Counted from the stretch's first letter, positions 21,807 to 31,680 are shown. The stretch: 64,000 nucleotides of DNA from a bacterium (GCA_021813145.1 JAKALS010000003.1:6114-70113); one strand, 5' to 3'. Translations and numbers: made by a program. Notes: generated from the sequence alone by a model not told the origin.

Positions 21807-22188
21807 CTTGCAGTAATAAATGGACTACTCTTCTTTCCCAAGACTTCAAATCCGAAAGATATATCTCTTTATTTTGACTCAAGGCTTTTTCTTTTGTTTC
21901 AAGCGCCAGATTTTTAAGCCACTCTTCTCTTTTTTTCTTGTATTCTCCTATCTCTACGGAAACTCTTTTAAATTCTCCCGTTTGTTTTGAGAAGCACAAA
22001 GATAAAATAAGCTGAAGGGACTCGAGAGTGTCTCCATGGTAGCCGATGACTATTCCGCTGTCCTGTGTATTGAGGTTTATATCTATAGAGTCTTCACTTT
22101 GGGCAATTTCAAAGTCGCCCTCTATTCCCAAAAGCCCGAAAAGTTTTTTTGCAATGTCATGAATTTTTTTATTTTCTTTTTCCGCCAT
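21733..22188 (-). CDS. jag: Jag/KhpB-like RNA-binding protein (KH + R3H)
   Basis: IVIGYHGDTLESLQLILS (KH-like) and LSDLKSWERRVVHLLLQDDQEVVSESIGEG (R3H); downstream of yidC. The ORF-track start at 22254 overlaps yidC, so the real start is probably MAEKENKK at ~22188. Confidence 0.75.
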   Translation of the reverse strand: MAEKENKKIHDIAKKLFGLLGIEGDFEIAQSEDSIDINLNTQDSGIVIGYHGDTLESLQLILSLCFSKQTGEFKRVSVEIGEYKKKREEWLKNLALETKEKALSQNKEIYLSDLKSWERRVVHLLLQDDQEVVSESIGEGKDRVLVIKPKE

Positions 22189-22996
22189 ATATTTTATTAA
22201 CCCATTCTTCCAGACCGCCCAGTCCCGAAATTTTGTATTGCTGTATGATACCAAAAATCGTAAAAGTATTCCAGTATAAAGAAAGGCCTATCGGAAACGT
22301 ATAGGAAAAGAACCCTATCATCAGAGGAAAGATATAAAGGGATTGCGACTGAAAAGCAGTTGCAAAATCATCGTTTTTCTTTTTCTCTACGTCTTTTATT
22401 AACTCTTCCGGTTGGGGAGGTTGAGCAAAAAGCATTTTTGATTGAATAAACTGAAAAAGGGCCGTAAGAAGGGGTATTAAAAGGATCAGGGGACCGACCG
22501 TTGAAAGAAGTTGGGAAGGATTGCTTCCCAGAGAAACGCCAAAAAAATTAGGGTCCCATGGCTTACTAATTTTAAGAAAATTAAAATAAACTACTTTATT
22601 AATAATCGCCGGAGTCAAATGAACTATTTGTTGAAGCGTTCCATATAAGGCCCAAATAATGGGGAGCTGGACAAGAACAGGAAGACACCCGGCAGCGGGA
22701 TTGACCCCGTGTTCTTTATAAAGCTTCATTGTTTCCTGTTGGAGCATTTTTGCGTCATTTTTATGCTTCTCTTTAAGTTTTGCAAGGTGCGGGTTTAGTT
22801 CCTGCATTTTCTTTGAAGCCTTAAGCTGTGAAGTGGTCAGGGGATATAAAATAAATCTTATTATCACCGTTACTATTATTATTGAAAAACCCAAAGCATA
22901 AGGAATTCCGGCGAGGAACAAAACCTTATAAACTCCGACCAGAATATTTAACATCGGCCAGATAAAAACTTCGTTGAAAAATGAGGGATTTGTCAT
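22169..22996 (-). CDS. yidC: membrane protein insertase YidC (short, monoderm-type)
   Basis: Five-TM Oxa1/YidC core with a conserved amphipathic region; rnpA-yidD-yidC-jag synteny. Confidence 0.85.
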   Translation of the reverse strand: MTNPSFFNEVFIWPMLNILVGVYKVLFLAGIPYALGFSIIIVTVIIRFILYPLTTSQLKASKKMQELNPHLAKLKEKHKNDAKMLQQETMKLYKEHGVNPAAGCLPVLVQLPIIWALYGTLQQIVHLTPAIINKVVYFNFLKISKPWDPNFFGVSLGSNPSQLLSTVGPLILLIPLLTALFQFIQSKMLFAQPPQPEELIKDVEKKKNDDFATAFQSQSLYIFPLMIGFFSYTFPIGLSLYWNTFTIFGIIQQYKISGLGGLEEWVNKIYGGKRK

Positions 22997-23208
22997 ATTG
23001 CGGGTTCTTTATAAAAAGGCTGGCATTTTAAAAGCCTTATAACGGCCATTTTTCCGCCTTCTATAATTCCTTTCTCTTTTATTGATATTTTTGCATACTC
23101 AGAGCATGTTGGATAAAACCTGCAGCTCCCTTTAAGCCCCAGGTTAAAAAGGGCAACGGCTATTATTTTTTGATAGAAATTGATTAAAGTCAAAATTATT
23201 TTTTTCAT
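22993..23208 (-). CDS. yidD: membrane protein insertion efficiency factor YidD
   Basis: GSCRFYPTCSEYAKISIKEKGIIEG signature. Confidence 0.88.
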   Translation of the reverse strand: MKKIILTLINFYQKIIAVALFNLGLKGSCRFYPTCSEYAKISIKEKGIIEGGKMAVIRLLKCQPFYKEPAI

Positions 23209-23528
23209 TCAAGTAAATTTTGTTTTTTTAATAAACCGTAAACTTCTTCGCAAATCCTCGACGTTTCTTTTCGAATCGCTTCTTTTTTTATTATAAAAAG
23301 AAAATCGGTTCCCGTTTTTATTTCCCCTATTTGTTTTTCTATGCAGCTTCTTATTTGCCTTTTGATCCTGTTCCTTAAAACTGCGTTTTTTTCCGTTTTT
23401 TTAGAAACCTGAAAAGCAAACCTTGAGACCCCCGTTCTGTTTTTTGCCGTTTTTAATACAAAAAATGGAGTTGACCAGTTTTTCTCAAATCTTGTCTTCT
23501 CCAAAAGGCGGTTTTCTTTTTTAAGCAT
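23205..23528 (-). CDS. rnpA: ribonuclease P protein component
   Basis: FAFQVSKKTEKNAVLRNRIKRQIR RNR motif region; rpmH-rnpA synteny. Confidence 0.88.
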   Translation of the reverse strand: MLKKENRLLEKTRFEKNWSTPFFVLKTAKNRTGVSRFAFQVSKKTEKNAVLRNRIKRQIRSCIEKQIGEIKTGTDFLFIIKKEAIRKETSRICEEVYGLLKKQNLLE

Positions 23529-23532
23529 TAAC

Positions 23533-23673
23533 TAAATAGTTATTCTTTTTCTGTTTTTGGCGATTCTCCTTTTAAGAACCTTTTTCCCGCCGTTTGTTTT
23601 TACCCTGGACAAAAATCCGTGCTTTCTTTTTCTTTTTAGCTTTTTAAGCTTTCTGAATTTTTCCATTGCCATA
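23533..23673 (-). CDS. rpmH: 50S ribosomal protein L34 (not in ORF track; <60 aa)
   Basis: Hand translation of minus strand: MAMEKFRKLKKLKRKRKHGFLSRVKTNGGKKVLKRRIAKNRKRITI; matches L34 consensus ...KR.HGFR.R..T..G..VL.RRRAKGRKRL. Confidence 0.85.
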
Positions 23674-23752
23674 AGTATAGCAAAATCGGCATGCTTTTAA
23701 AAGACTTTGCTTTGGGCAAAAAAAGAGATCTAGTTGTATATACTTTCTCATC

Positions 23753-23781
23753 TTGACAAAAAGTTATCCACATTATTAAAC
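23753..23781 (+). promoter_or_regulatory. candidate dnaA promoter (-35 TTGACA 23753-23758, weak -10 TATTAA ~23774-23779) with perfect DnaA box TTATCCACA (23764-23772) in the spacer
   Basis: Direct reading, 17-45 nt upstream of the dnaA ATG (23796); implies autoregulation and oriC proximity. Confidence 0.6.
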
Positions 23782-23795
23782 TGCACTTTACCAAT

Positions 23796-25139
23796 ATGGA
23801 CAAAAACAAAGAGGTTTGGGATGAAATATTGGGCGAAATAGAACTCGAAGTCTCTAGGGCAAACTTTCTGACCTTATTTAAAAGAACAGCGCTTTTATCT
23901 TCCCAAGACGGAGTTTTAACGATCGCCGCTCCTTCGATTATGATAATTGACCTTCTGCAGCGAAGGTTTTTCGACATAATTAAAAAGTCCGTCGATAAAC
24001 ACGTGGGGGAGGGGACCGAAATAATTTTTGTTCCAAAAACTTCTCCCGCGGAAGAACTAAGGGCCTCGGGTCCTCTTTTTGAAACAAGCGAAAAAACAGA
24101 AGCAATCGTCGGACACCTTCCGAGGGTGAGGCCGGATTTTACCTTTGCCAATCTTGCTGTTTCTTCCACAAACCAACTGGCATATGTAAGCGCAACAACC
24201 GTCGCAAAAAAACCCGGCGTTACCTATAACCCGTTGTTTATTTACGGACCCACGGGTGTTGGAAAAACGCATTTAATGCAGGCGATAGCGAACGAGGTTT
24301 ATCAGAAAAATGCAGACAGAAAAATCATCTATATTACAAGCGAGGAGTTCACAAACGAAGTCGTTGACGCAATAAGAACAAATAGCACCGCGCAGATGAA
24401 AAGAAGATTCAGAAACACAGACCTTCTCATAATCGACGACATACAGTTCGTAGCGGGGAAAGAAAAAGTTCAAGAAGAGCTTTTCCACACATTTAACATT
24501 CTCGTAGACAACGGGTCCCAAATCGTACTCTCGTCCGACAGGCCTCCTGCAGAAATAAAAAAAGTCGAAAAGAGGCTTATGTCCAGGTTCTCGGGCGGTC
24601 TTACCGTAGACATTGAGGCGCCCGATTTTGAACTAAGAACAGCAATCCTTCTTATAAAAGCGAAAAAATATGGGTTCAATCTTTCAATGGAAGTAGCAAA
24701 AACAATTGCGGAAAAAGAGCAGGACGCAAGAAGCCTTGAGGGGGCGCTTTTGAGAATAATGACGGAGGCCGAAGCGAAGGGGGTTCTTATAGACAGCTCT
24801 CTTGCTCAAACCGTTTTGGAGGGGAAAAGCGCCAAAAAAACCTATCACCCCGACGACATAATAAACAACGTCTGCGCTTACTATAAAATAAAACCGACTC
24901 AAATTAAAAGCCAAAAAAGAGACGCTTCTTTGGTAAGGGCCAGGCAAATAGCGATGTATGTCCTTAAAAAAGACCTGGACTTAACTTATGTTGAAATAGG
25001 AAACATGCTTGGAGGCAGGGACCACACAACGGTTATGCATGGTGTGGAAAAAGTGGAAAAAATGATAGAAACAAACGGTCTGGGACAGGAAATTTTGGGG
25101 ATAAAAAATTATGACAGTGGAAAACTTGCGGACTATTAA
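23796..25139 (+). CDS. dnaA: chromosomal replication initiator protein DnaA
   Basis: GPTGVGKTHLMQAIAN Walker A, LLIIDDIQF Walker B, C-terminal DNA-binding helix-turn-helix (IGNMLGGRDHTTVMH). Confidence 0.95.
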   Translation: MDKNKEVWDEILGEIELEVSRANFLTLFKRTALLSSQDGVLTIAAPSIMIIDLLQRRFFDIIKKSVDKHVGEGTEIIFVPKTSPAEELRASGPLFETSEKTEAIVGHLPRVRPDFTFANLAVSSTNQLAYVSATTVAKKPGVTYNPLFIYGPTGVGKTHLMQAIANEVYQKNADRKIIYITSEEFTNEVVDAIRTNSTAQMKRRFRNTDLLIIDDIQFVAGKEKVQEELFHTFNILVDNGSQIVLSSDRPPAEIKKVEKRLMSRFSGGLTVDIEAPDFELRTAILLIKAKKYGFNLSMEVAKTIAEKEQDARSLEGALLRIMTEAEAKGVLIDSSLAQTVLEGKSAKKTYHPDDIINNVCAYYKIKPTQIKSQKRDASLVRARQIAMYVLKKDLDLTYVEIGNMLGGRDHTTVMHGVEKVEKMIETNGLGQEILGIKNYDSGKLADY

Positions 25140-25264
25140 ACCGTTTTGTTTTTACACTTATTTTCAACAAAGTTATCCCCCCGTTATCAGCATTTTTTTA
25201 GGCTGTCTCCCTTGCTTTTTTCCACTTTTCAAGATAAACTACAACAACAACAAAAGAAATACTT

Positions 25265-26374
25265 ATGATAGTTACTCTTTTAACGGATAATTTAAGGGCA
25301 AAGCTTTCATTCTTAAACCACGCTGTTTCTCCAAACAGCCAACTGGAAATTCTTTCAAACTTCTTCCTAAAAGCGTCAAAAGGAAAACTAACCGTTAGCG
25401 CAACGGATCTTGAAATAGGCCTTTCGTCTTCCGTTCCGGCAAACGTGGAGGAGGAAGGGGAGACAACGGTTCCCGCAAAGACATTTTTTGATTTGATAAA
25501 CAACATAACGGAGGAAAAAATAACCCTAAAAACAAAGGGGACAAACCTGGAGTTGACGGGCAAAAAAATAAAGATGCTTTTTCAGACAATGCCCCCGGAG
25601 GAGTTCCCAAAGCTTTACGAAGAAAAAGGCGAAGAGGCGGCGGTTTTAAAAAAGGAACTGCTTTTAAAGGACTTTAACAAGGTTGTTTTTTCTGCAAGCG
25701 CGGATAGCTCAAGGCCTGCGCTGTCGGGGGTTTTGGTAAGAAAAGAAAAAGAAGGGTTTTTGATAGTTGCAACAGACGGGTACAGGCTATCTCTAAAAAA
25801 GAACGTCGCCTTCGAAACAAAAAAAGAAACAGGCATAGAAAGCCTTCTGTTGCCGGCAAGGGTAATTAGAGAACTGTTGTCTATAAAACAGGACGAAGAT
25901 ATACGTCTTAATGTTTCAGAAAAAAGCAACCAGGCGGTTTTTACACAGGGGGAAACGGTTTTGGTCGGAAGATTAATAGAAGCGGAATATCCTAACTACG
26001 AAAAAATAATCCCCACGGGTTTTGATACGAAAACGGGCTTTGATAGGGAAGAGATGCATAAAGCAGTGAAAATATGCTCTGTTTTTGCAAGAGAAACCGC
26101 AAATATAGTAAAACTCTCTTTAAAAAAAGACAAAATTGTTGTTTCGGCAAACACCCCAAGCGTAGGCGAGGACACGGTAGAGGTTGAAGCAAAAACAACG
26201 GGGGAGGAAAACGAAATAGCCTTTAACGGCAAGTATCTCCTAGACTTCCTCTCGAACACGGAAGAAGAGGAGGTTGTTTTTGAAATGTCTGGACCCCTTA
26301 ACGCCGGAGTTTTTAAACTCTCGGGCGACGACTCCTTTTTACATCTCATAATGCCCATCAGGGTGCAGGGTTAG
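25265..26374 (+). CDS. dnaN: DNA polymerase III beta sliding clamp
   Basis: dnaA-dnaN synteny; three-domain beta-clamp pattern, N-terminus MIVTLLTDNLRAKLSFLNHAVS. Confidence 0.9.
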   Translation: MIVTLLTDNLRAKLSFLNHAVSPNSQLEILSNFFLKASKGKLTVSATDLEIGLSSSVPANVEEEGETTVPAKTFFDLINNITEEKITLKTKGTNLELTGKKIKMLFQTMPPEEFPKLYEEKGEEAAVLKKELLLKDFNKVVFSASADSSRPALSGVLVRKEKEGFLIVATDGYRLSLKKNVAFETKKETGIESLLLPARVIRELLSIKQDEDIRLNVSEKSNQAVFTQGETVLVGRLIEAEYPNYEKIIPTGFDTKTGFDREEMHKAVKICSVFARETANIVKLSLKKDKIVVSANTPSVGEDTVEVEAKTTGEENEIAFNGKYLLDFLSNTEEEEVVFEMSGPLNAGVFKLSGDDSFLHLIMPIRVQG

Positions 26375-27364
26375 TTACTGTGCGGGTTGGGGGAAAGAAA
26401 CATTCCCGAAAATATTGTTTTCCATCCAGTTATAGGTGTTGGGGCATTGGGTTGGGAAGTTTGTTAGGGGAGTTGCTCCAAAAGGAAAATCTCTCCCCGG
26501 AGTGTTATAAAAAACAGTATCGGCTACGGCTTCGGCAAAGGACTCGGCTTGTCCTGTCCCGGCAATTCCACTTAAGTACGGATAGCTTTTTAAAAATCCG
26601 TCCACATAGCAACCCGCATCCTTGGACAGATAAGAGTTATAGGGAAAAGAACTCCAAAGAGCGCCATTTGCTATTCCTATAACGTGTCCCGTTTCGTGAA
26701 CCAGGGAAAATTTTTGCTCTTGAACAGAGCAGGACTCAAAACCCGTAAGACTTATATACATAACCCCATTTGTTTCATATGTCGAACCCCTGGCGTTTTG
26801 GCAACTGCTAAATGTTAGTAAAAGATGTATGGTTCCGGCTTTCTGCATAAGGCTTTTGTATTTGGCAGACCTAAAAGGAACAGCCAGGCCATTATACAGG
26901 TTAACAAGATAATTTAGATTAGAAGTATCGGATACGGCAACATTAAAGTCGCTTTTAAGCCTAGAGACCACGTTGGAGGCGGTAACAGCACCCCCCGGGG
27001 GAGTTGAAGACGTGGGTCCCGGGCTGTTGTTGGGGGAACCGCTGGTAGAGGGAGAGGCGCTGGTTAAATCCCCTCCGTTAACGGCGCTGGGGCTAACCAT
27101 GGAAACAATCATTACAACAAAAACTAAAACTCCTACTGAGATTAATAATAAAACAATCGCCGGGAGCCCTAGGGATCCGCATGCTGCGACAGCGCCTTCT
27201 TCGATGCCTTTTTTTGCAGCCTGTTTACCGAGTTGCTTCAAAACCTGCTTTCCAAGATATTTTCCTGCTTTTACCGAGTTTTTGGCATTGTTTAGTTTGT
27301 TGTACCCGGAGTTTATGTAGTCAACGGCTCCTTGGTTTTGCTGTTTTCCGTTGTTTTCGTCCAT
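26375..27364 (-). CDS. membrane-anchored zincin-like metallopeptidase (HExxH), last gene of the T4SS-like operon
   Basis: N-in TM helix (LPAIVLLLISVGVLVFVVMIV), Ser/Pro/Gly-rich linker, HETGHVIG motif. Confidence 0.55.
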   Translation of the reverse strand: MDENNGKQQNQGAVDYINSGYNKLNNAKNSVKAGKYLGKQVLKQLGKQAAKKGIEEGAVAACGSLGLPAIVLLLISVGVLVFVVMIVSMVSPSAVNGGDLTSASPSTSGSPNNSPGPTSSTPPGGAVTASNVVSRLKSDFNVAVSDTSNLNYLVNLYNGLAVPFRSAKYKSLMQKAGTIHLLLTFSSCQNARGSTYETNGVMYISLTGFESCSVQEQKFSLVHETGHVIGIANGALWSSFPYNSYLSKDAGCYVDGFLKSYPYLSGIAGTGQAESFAEAVADTVFYNTPGRDFPFGATPLTNFPTQCPNTYNWMENNIFGNVSFPQPAQ

Positions 27365-27381
27365 ATTTTAATAATAGCAAA

Positions 27382-29331
27382 TTAGGATAAACCGGGTTGA
27401 TTTTGCCCATTGCCCTGTCCGGGCAGCGGAGAAGTAGTAGTCGGATTCTCGGTGCCTACCGTCTCTTGTGTCATCGTAGGGCTTTGTGGGGGTACGCTTG
27501 ATGCGGTCCTCAAAGAAGAATTTTGTTCCTGCATTTTTAACAACTCCTGGGGATTCGATGTAATAAGGGTGTGTTCAAACGGAGCCGCAATAACCTTCAT
27601 CGCCACATGGCTTTGCCCCGCGAAAAACAGCCCTTCTCCGATGTCGGCCGAAAGCAAAAGTTCTTTTTCTCCCTCCGACAGATAGAATATCTGGGAAACC
27701 AAATCAACCTCGGACGGGCTTTGTTTTAAAAGCATCTGTATGGAGGAGTTGGAAAGAATTGCCTTCCCGTAATCGGTTGAAAGAAAATCCTGAACATCCT
27801 GGGTTGCGGTCGTTAGGGCAAGATAATATTTTCTCGATCTTTTTGCAACGCTATAAACAAAAGAGGCGGAATCGGGATACTTCATTACATACCAGGCCTC
27901 GTCCAGAATCAACAGTCTTTTTTTAAGGGTTTTTCTTACCCTTGTCCATACAAAATCCAATATTATGTGCATTGCGACAGGCCTTAATTCCTCTTCAAGC
28001 GCTTTTATGTTAAAAACCGTTAAGGGATTTTTAATGTCAAAATTAGACTGTTGGTTAAATATTCCGCTTAAGCTTCCTTTAATAAACTTCTCAAGTCTTA
28101 GCGCAAGCTCTCTTGCGGACGGGTCTTCCATTCCAAGAAGCACCTTGTATAAATCCTCCATTAAAGGGGGTTGATTTTTTTGTGTTTGGGGGTCAGCGGT
28201 AATCCCTTTTTGCCTATACGTCTCAACAAGCGCCCTGTCTAAAATTGCATCATGGGCGGCGTCCAAATCTCCCATTATTATTCTTAAAAGTCCGTGCAGG
28301 GACAAAATTTTAAGCCCTAACTCGTTTTCCCCTTCTTCGTAAAGCCCCGACATATCAAAGGGATTAATTCTCACGGGATCGGAAGGGGTAAAGGATACGT
28401 GCTCTCCCCCTAATGTTTTTGAAAGATTTTCATATTCCCCTTCGGGATCTATTATTATTACCTCGGTCCCGAACATAAACTGTCTCATCGCCTCAAGTTT
28501 TATAAGGTATGATTTTCCCGCTCCGGATTTTCCTAAGACCACTTCGTTTGCGTTTTCCAGGGAATAACGGTCAAAAATTATAAGAGAACCGTTTTGTTCG
28601 TTTACCCCGTACATGACGCCCTTGTCCTGGGCAAGAGTGGCCGAAGTAAACGGAAAAGTTGAGGCAAGAGAAGTTGTGTCCATGTTCCTCGTTATAAAGA
28701 GCCTATCCTGTGCAATCGGAACGGTTGATTTAAACCCGTCTTCCATTTGAAGGGTTGCGGTTTTTGAAAGCATCAGAATGGACCCAAGTGTGGTGCTAAG
28801 TCTTTTTGAAGCTTCGTCAAGATCTTTTACGCTTTCCGCGGAAAGCGTAATGTAAAGACTGAATTGAAAGAACCTCTCTACGCCTTTTGCCAGTTCTTCT
28901 TGTACTGCAAGCGCGTCGTCCAAAGAAGCTTTTACTTTAGGGTCTACGAGCTGGCCTTCTTCTATCTGCGATGAAATGGTGGCCTCCATTTCCGCTATTT
29001 TTCTTCTTAAATCCGATAAGACATCGGGGGAGGAAGTAGGATAAATAAACATAGAAATATTCATGGAATGGTCAAAATCAATAAGAGGCTGTAGCCAATT
29101 TGGCGAAACAAACCTCGGATACCCAACAACAAAAGAAGTTTTATAAAAATCTTCGCCTACTCTTATAAAATGGAAATCTACCTCTATTGAGGAAGGGGCT
29201 ATTACGTCGGTTAAAGAGACCATTCCTTTTTCGAGTTTTCCCATTGACGTTTTTTGCACCGGTCGGGGCGCTGTTTTTTGCTCTTGCGGTGCTGCCGTTT
29301 GCTGTTTTTGTTTTTTTCCGAATAAGCTCAT
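27382..29331 (-). CDS. virB4: VirB4/TrbE/TraC-family conjugative-type ATPase
   Basis: Walker A GKSGAGKS; Walker B LLILDEAW (DEAW is a hallmark of VirB4); size and N-terminal membrane-associated region. Confidence 0.85.
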   Translation of the reverse strand: MSLFGKKQKQQTAAPQEQKTAPRPVQKTSMGKLEKGMVSLTDVIAPSSIEVDFHFIRVGEDFYKTSFVVGYPRFVSPNWLQPLIDFDHSMNISMFIYPTSSPDVLSDLRRKIAEMEATISSQIEEGQLVDPKVKASLDDALAVQEELAKGVERFFQFSLYITLSAESVKDLDEASKRLSTTLGSILMLSKTATLQMEDGFKSTVPIAQDRLFITRNMDTTSLASTFPFTSATLAQDKGVMYGVNEQNGSLIIFDRYSLENANEVVLGKSGAGKSYLIKLEAMRQFMFGTEVIIIDPEGEYENLSKTLGGEHVSFTPSDPVRINPFDMSGLYEEGENELGLKILSLHGLLRIIMGDLDAAHDAILDRALVETYRQKGITADPQTQKNQPPLMEDLYKVLLGMEDPSARELALRLEKFIKGSLSGIFNQQSNFDIKNPLTVFNIKALEEELRPVAMHIILDFVWTRVRKTLKKRLLILDEAWYVMKYPDSASFVYSVAKRSRKYYLALTTATQDVQDFLSTDYGKAILSNSSIQMLLKQSPSEVDLVSQIFYLSEGEKELLLSADIGEGLFFAGQSHVAMKVIAAPFEHTLITSNPQELLKMQEQNSSLRTASSVPPQSPTMTQETVGTENPTTTSPLPGQGNGQNQPGLS

Positions 29332-29996
29332 TGGCTTTCCCTCCCTTTAACAACAGGAGTATTGATGTTGTCCTCGGCTTGCCCTGTTTCTATAGAGCTT
29401 TCGTTGTATATTTCGTAAAAAAGCTTTACCAGTTCTTCTTTTCCTAGGGTTTTTGCTTTAAGGTTTAGTCTTGAAAGTTGTGAGTGAAGAGACTCCGCTT
29501 TTGAATGGAGCGCTGTTTTTGCCGACTGGGCGAAGGAAGCCGCGTCAAAAGACTTTTTGTTTACGCTTGCAGCGGCAGCGCCCGCTCCCTTTTCAAGATA
29601 AGAAAAAGGTAAAACAATATAGAATTTTTTGTCCAAAACGGTATTCACCTTCACGAGCTCCTGAACAAAATCCCTGTAGAGTCTTATTTGCTCGGCAAGC
29701 ATCTGGTTCTGCGTTTTTTTTGCTTCATTTTCTAATAACTTTAAATAAGAGGAAATATCAAGTTTTTTGCTTCTAATGAGGATTTGTATAGGGAAAGACA
29801 GCGAATTCAGAAGCGCAGCGTAGGAGTAAATTTTAGAATCCTGTTCTTCTGCCGATAAAAGGGCAAAATTTGTTGCCGTGACTTCTATTACAAGACAAGC
29901 GTTTCCTCCTGTTAAAATTACTACATCATCAACGATATCCTGTATTTCGGTAAACTTTTGCGTTGTCGCGTTGATTTTTCGGGCAGTTTTGGCCAT
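29328..29996 (-). CDS. T4SS-associated hypothetical protein
   Basis: Co-oriented and translationally coupled (overlapping stop/start) with virB4; no recognisable motif. Confidence 0.4.
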   Translation of the reverse strand: MAKTARKINATTQKFTEIQDIVDDVVILTGGNACLVIEVTATNFALLSAEEQDSKIYSYAALLNSLSFPIQILIRSKKLDISSYLKLLENEAKKTQNQMLAEQIRLYRDFVQELVKVNTVLDKKFYIVLPFSYLEKGAGAAAASVNKKSFDAASFAQSAKTALHSKAESLHSQLSRLNLKAKTLGKEELVKLFYEIYNESSIETGQAEDNINTPVVKGRESQ

Positions 29997-31258
29997 TAGT
30001 TAAAAAGAGACCTCCTTAACTCTTCTCTTGTGTCTACGGAAATAACTTCTATGGGAAGAATAATCTGGCCTGTTGCGCTAAACTCTATTACATCAAACTT
30101 GTTCTCTCCCTTGGAGTCCTCAAATTCAATGGTATATGTGCCGTTCGTTATGGGGGTGGCAGAGGCAAATTGCCCAAGCGGATTAGTTTTAAATGCTCTT
30201 ACGGGATTCCCTTCGGCATCTTTTACCTCAACCAGAATATTTTGCAAGGGGTTCCCTCTCGGGTCCTTTACTATTCCCGTTACGATATTGGGAAACTCCG
30301 GCGCCAAGGGAAGGCCGACGCTTTTTCCCAGGTTTTGGGGGATACTTCTTACGTTCCTCGTTTCCTTTACCGGTTCCTGCGCAACTGAAGGCGTGTAAAC
30401 AGTCTCCCTGTTTGCGGTTAATTGTTTTTGTAAAAGTTCTATCTGTTTTTCAAGTTCCTGTTTTTGTTTTGCGGTTTCGGAAAGCATCGTTTCAAGCTCC
30501 ATTACTTTTTTGTGTGCTTCCGTATACTCTGTGGAGTTTATCTTTGACGTCTCGGCGGCTTTTGCTTCTGCAAGCTCCTGCTGAAGAATGAGAGTCTCTC
30601 TTTTTAGGGTTTCTTCTTCGTCCGAAGGTTTTTCTTCTTCTTGTTGCTGCCCTTGCTCCACCGGTATTTGTACTTGCGACGCGGCCGGAAGTTGTGTTGG
30701 TGGCTGCTGTTGTCCGGGAACGGGTACGTTTGCAAAAGCATGGGCGGGAGGAGCCTGTGGAATGGGATTTGTCTGCGTCTGTCCAGAATACATATTGCTT
30801 AAGGATTCAAAAAAAACCATTTCTTTTTGGTCTAACTGATTTTTTGGCCTCTTTGGAAGAGAATTTAGGTATGATTTTAATTCTTCACCCGAGAGAGAAG
30901 TAGTTTCTTTTTGGGGAACAAGCTTGGCGGAGCTTTTTTTAACCGGTTTTATATCTTCCCATAACTGGCCGCCGGTTTTTTGGTAAACAAATTGGGTCGG
31001 AGAAAAAATTGCTTTAATAAAATTTTCAAACATTAAATCCATGGGCCTTCCCTCTATCGGTAAAAAAGCCATTCCTACGCCTAAAAATATGGAAGTGACG
31101 GCAAGGGGAAGTTTTATAAGCATAAAAAAGGGGCTTGCGAACAAAAGCCAACCAAGTACAATTCCGCCTGCCAGATAGGCAAATTGTTTTATGGTCATAT
31201 CGCCGATCAGTTTAAACTGAAAGCCCGTTATGTCCTGTGGTATCGGATGATTTTCCAT
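29996..31258 (-). CDS. T4SS-associated membrane protein (VirB3-like N-terminal TM hairpin, coiled-coil and Gln/Pro-rich linker, C-terminal beta domain)
   Basis: Two N-terminal TM helices (FAYLAGGIVLGWLLFASPFFMLI, LPLAVTSIFLGVGMAFLPI); QQ-rich and heptad region; operon position. Confidence 0.45.
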   Translation of the reverse strand: MENHPIPQDITGFQFKLIGDMTIKQFAYLAGGIVLGWLLFASPFFMLIKLPLAVTSIFLGVGMAFLPIEGRPMDLMFENFIKAIFSPTQFVYQKTGGQLWEDIKPVKKSSAKLVPQKETTSLSGEELKSYLNSLPKRPKNQLDQKEMVFFESLSNMYSGQTQTNPIPQAPPAHAFANVPVPGQQQPPTQLPAASQVQIPVEQGQQQEEEKPSDEEETLKRETLILQQELAEAKAAETSKINSTEYTEAHKKVMELETMLSETAKQKQELEKQIELLQKQLTANRETVYTPSVAQEPVKETRNVRSIPQNLGKSVGLPLAPEFPNIVTGIVKDPRGNPLQNILVEVKDAEGNPVRAFKTNPLGQFASATPITNGTYTIEFEDSKGENKFDVIEFSATGQIILPIEVISVDTREELRRSLFN

Positions 31259-31365
31259 CTCTTAATTGTTATTTAATTGTATTTTCAGCATATAACGTGA
31301 AAAATTGCGTTTCAAGATTATCAAACTGGGTCAAAAAATATTGGAAATGAGGCTATCCGTGAAAA

Positions 31366-31680
31366 TTATGAACAATTTCCAAAACCGAAAGGTTTAGTAA
31401 TACAAGATGTTCCCGTAATTTGAGCTATTATAGCTATAATAGCGCCTGCAAGAAGTATTAGAATAAGCCCCAAAATGGCATAGGTAAGCGTTTTTCTTGC
31501 TCCCTCTACTTGTTTCGGGTCGCCGCCTGACGTTAAAAATTTTATTCCTGCGAAGATTATAAAAAAAACGGCGGTAACTCCGGCTAATCCTATAAGCCAA
31601 AAAACAAGATTATTGAAAACAACAGGAATACAATTTAGTGTTGCAACGCCGTTTTGAACGCAGTCTCCCCAAGGTTGCAT
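31366..31680 (-). CDS. VirB2/TrbC-like pilin paralog 1
   Basis: ~100 aa, helix-SGGD-helix architecture (FAGIKFLTSGGDPKQVEGARKTLTYAILGLILILLAG); Cys-containing N and C tails. Confidence 0.6.
   Translation of the reverse strand: MQPWGDCVQNGVATLNCIPVVFNNLVFWLIGLAGVTAVFFIIFAGIKFLTSGGDPKQVEGARKTLTYAILGLILILLAGAIIAIIAQITGTSCITKPFGFGNCS

Noticed and set aside
23636-24169. 177-aa minus-strand ORF from the ORF track
   Set aside because: It is antisense to dnaA and overlaps rpmH. It has no features and is explained by the real genes on both strands.
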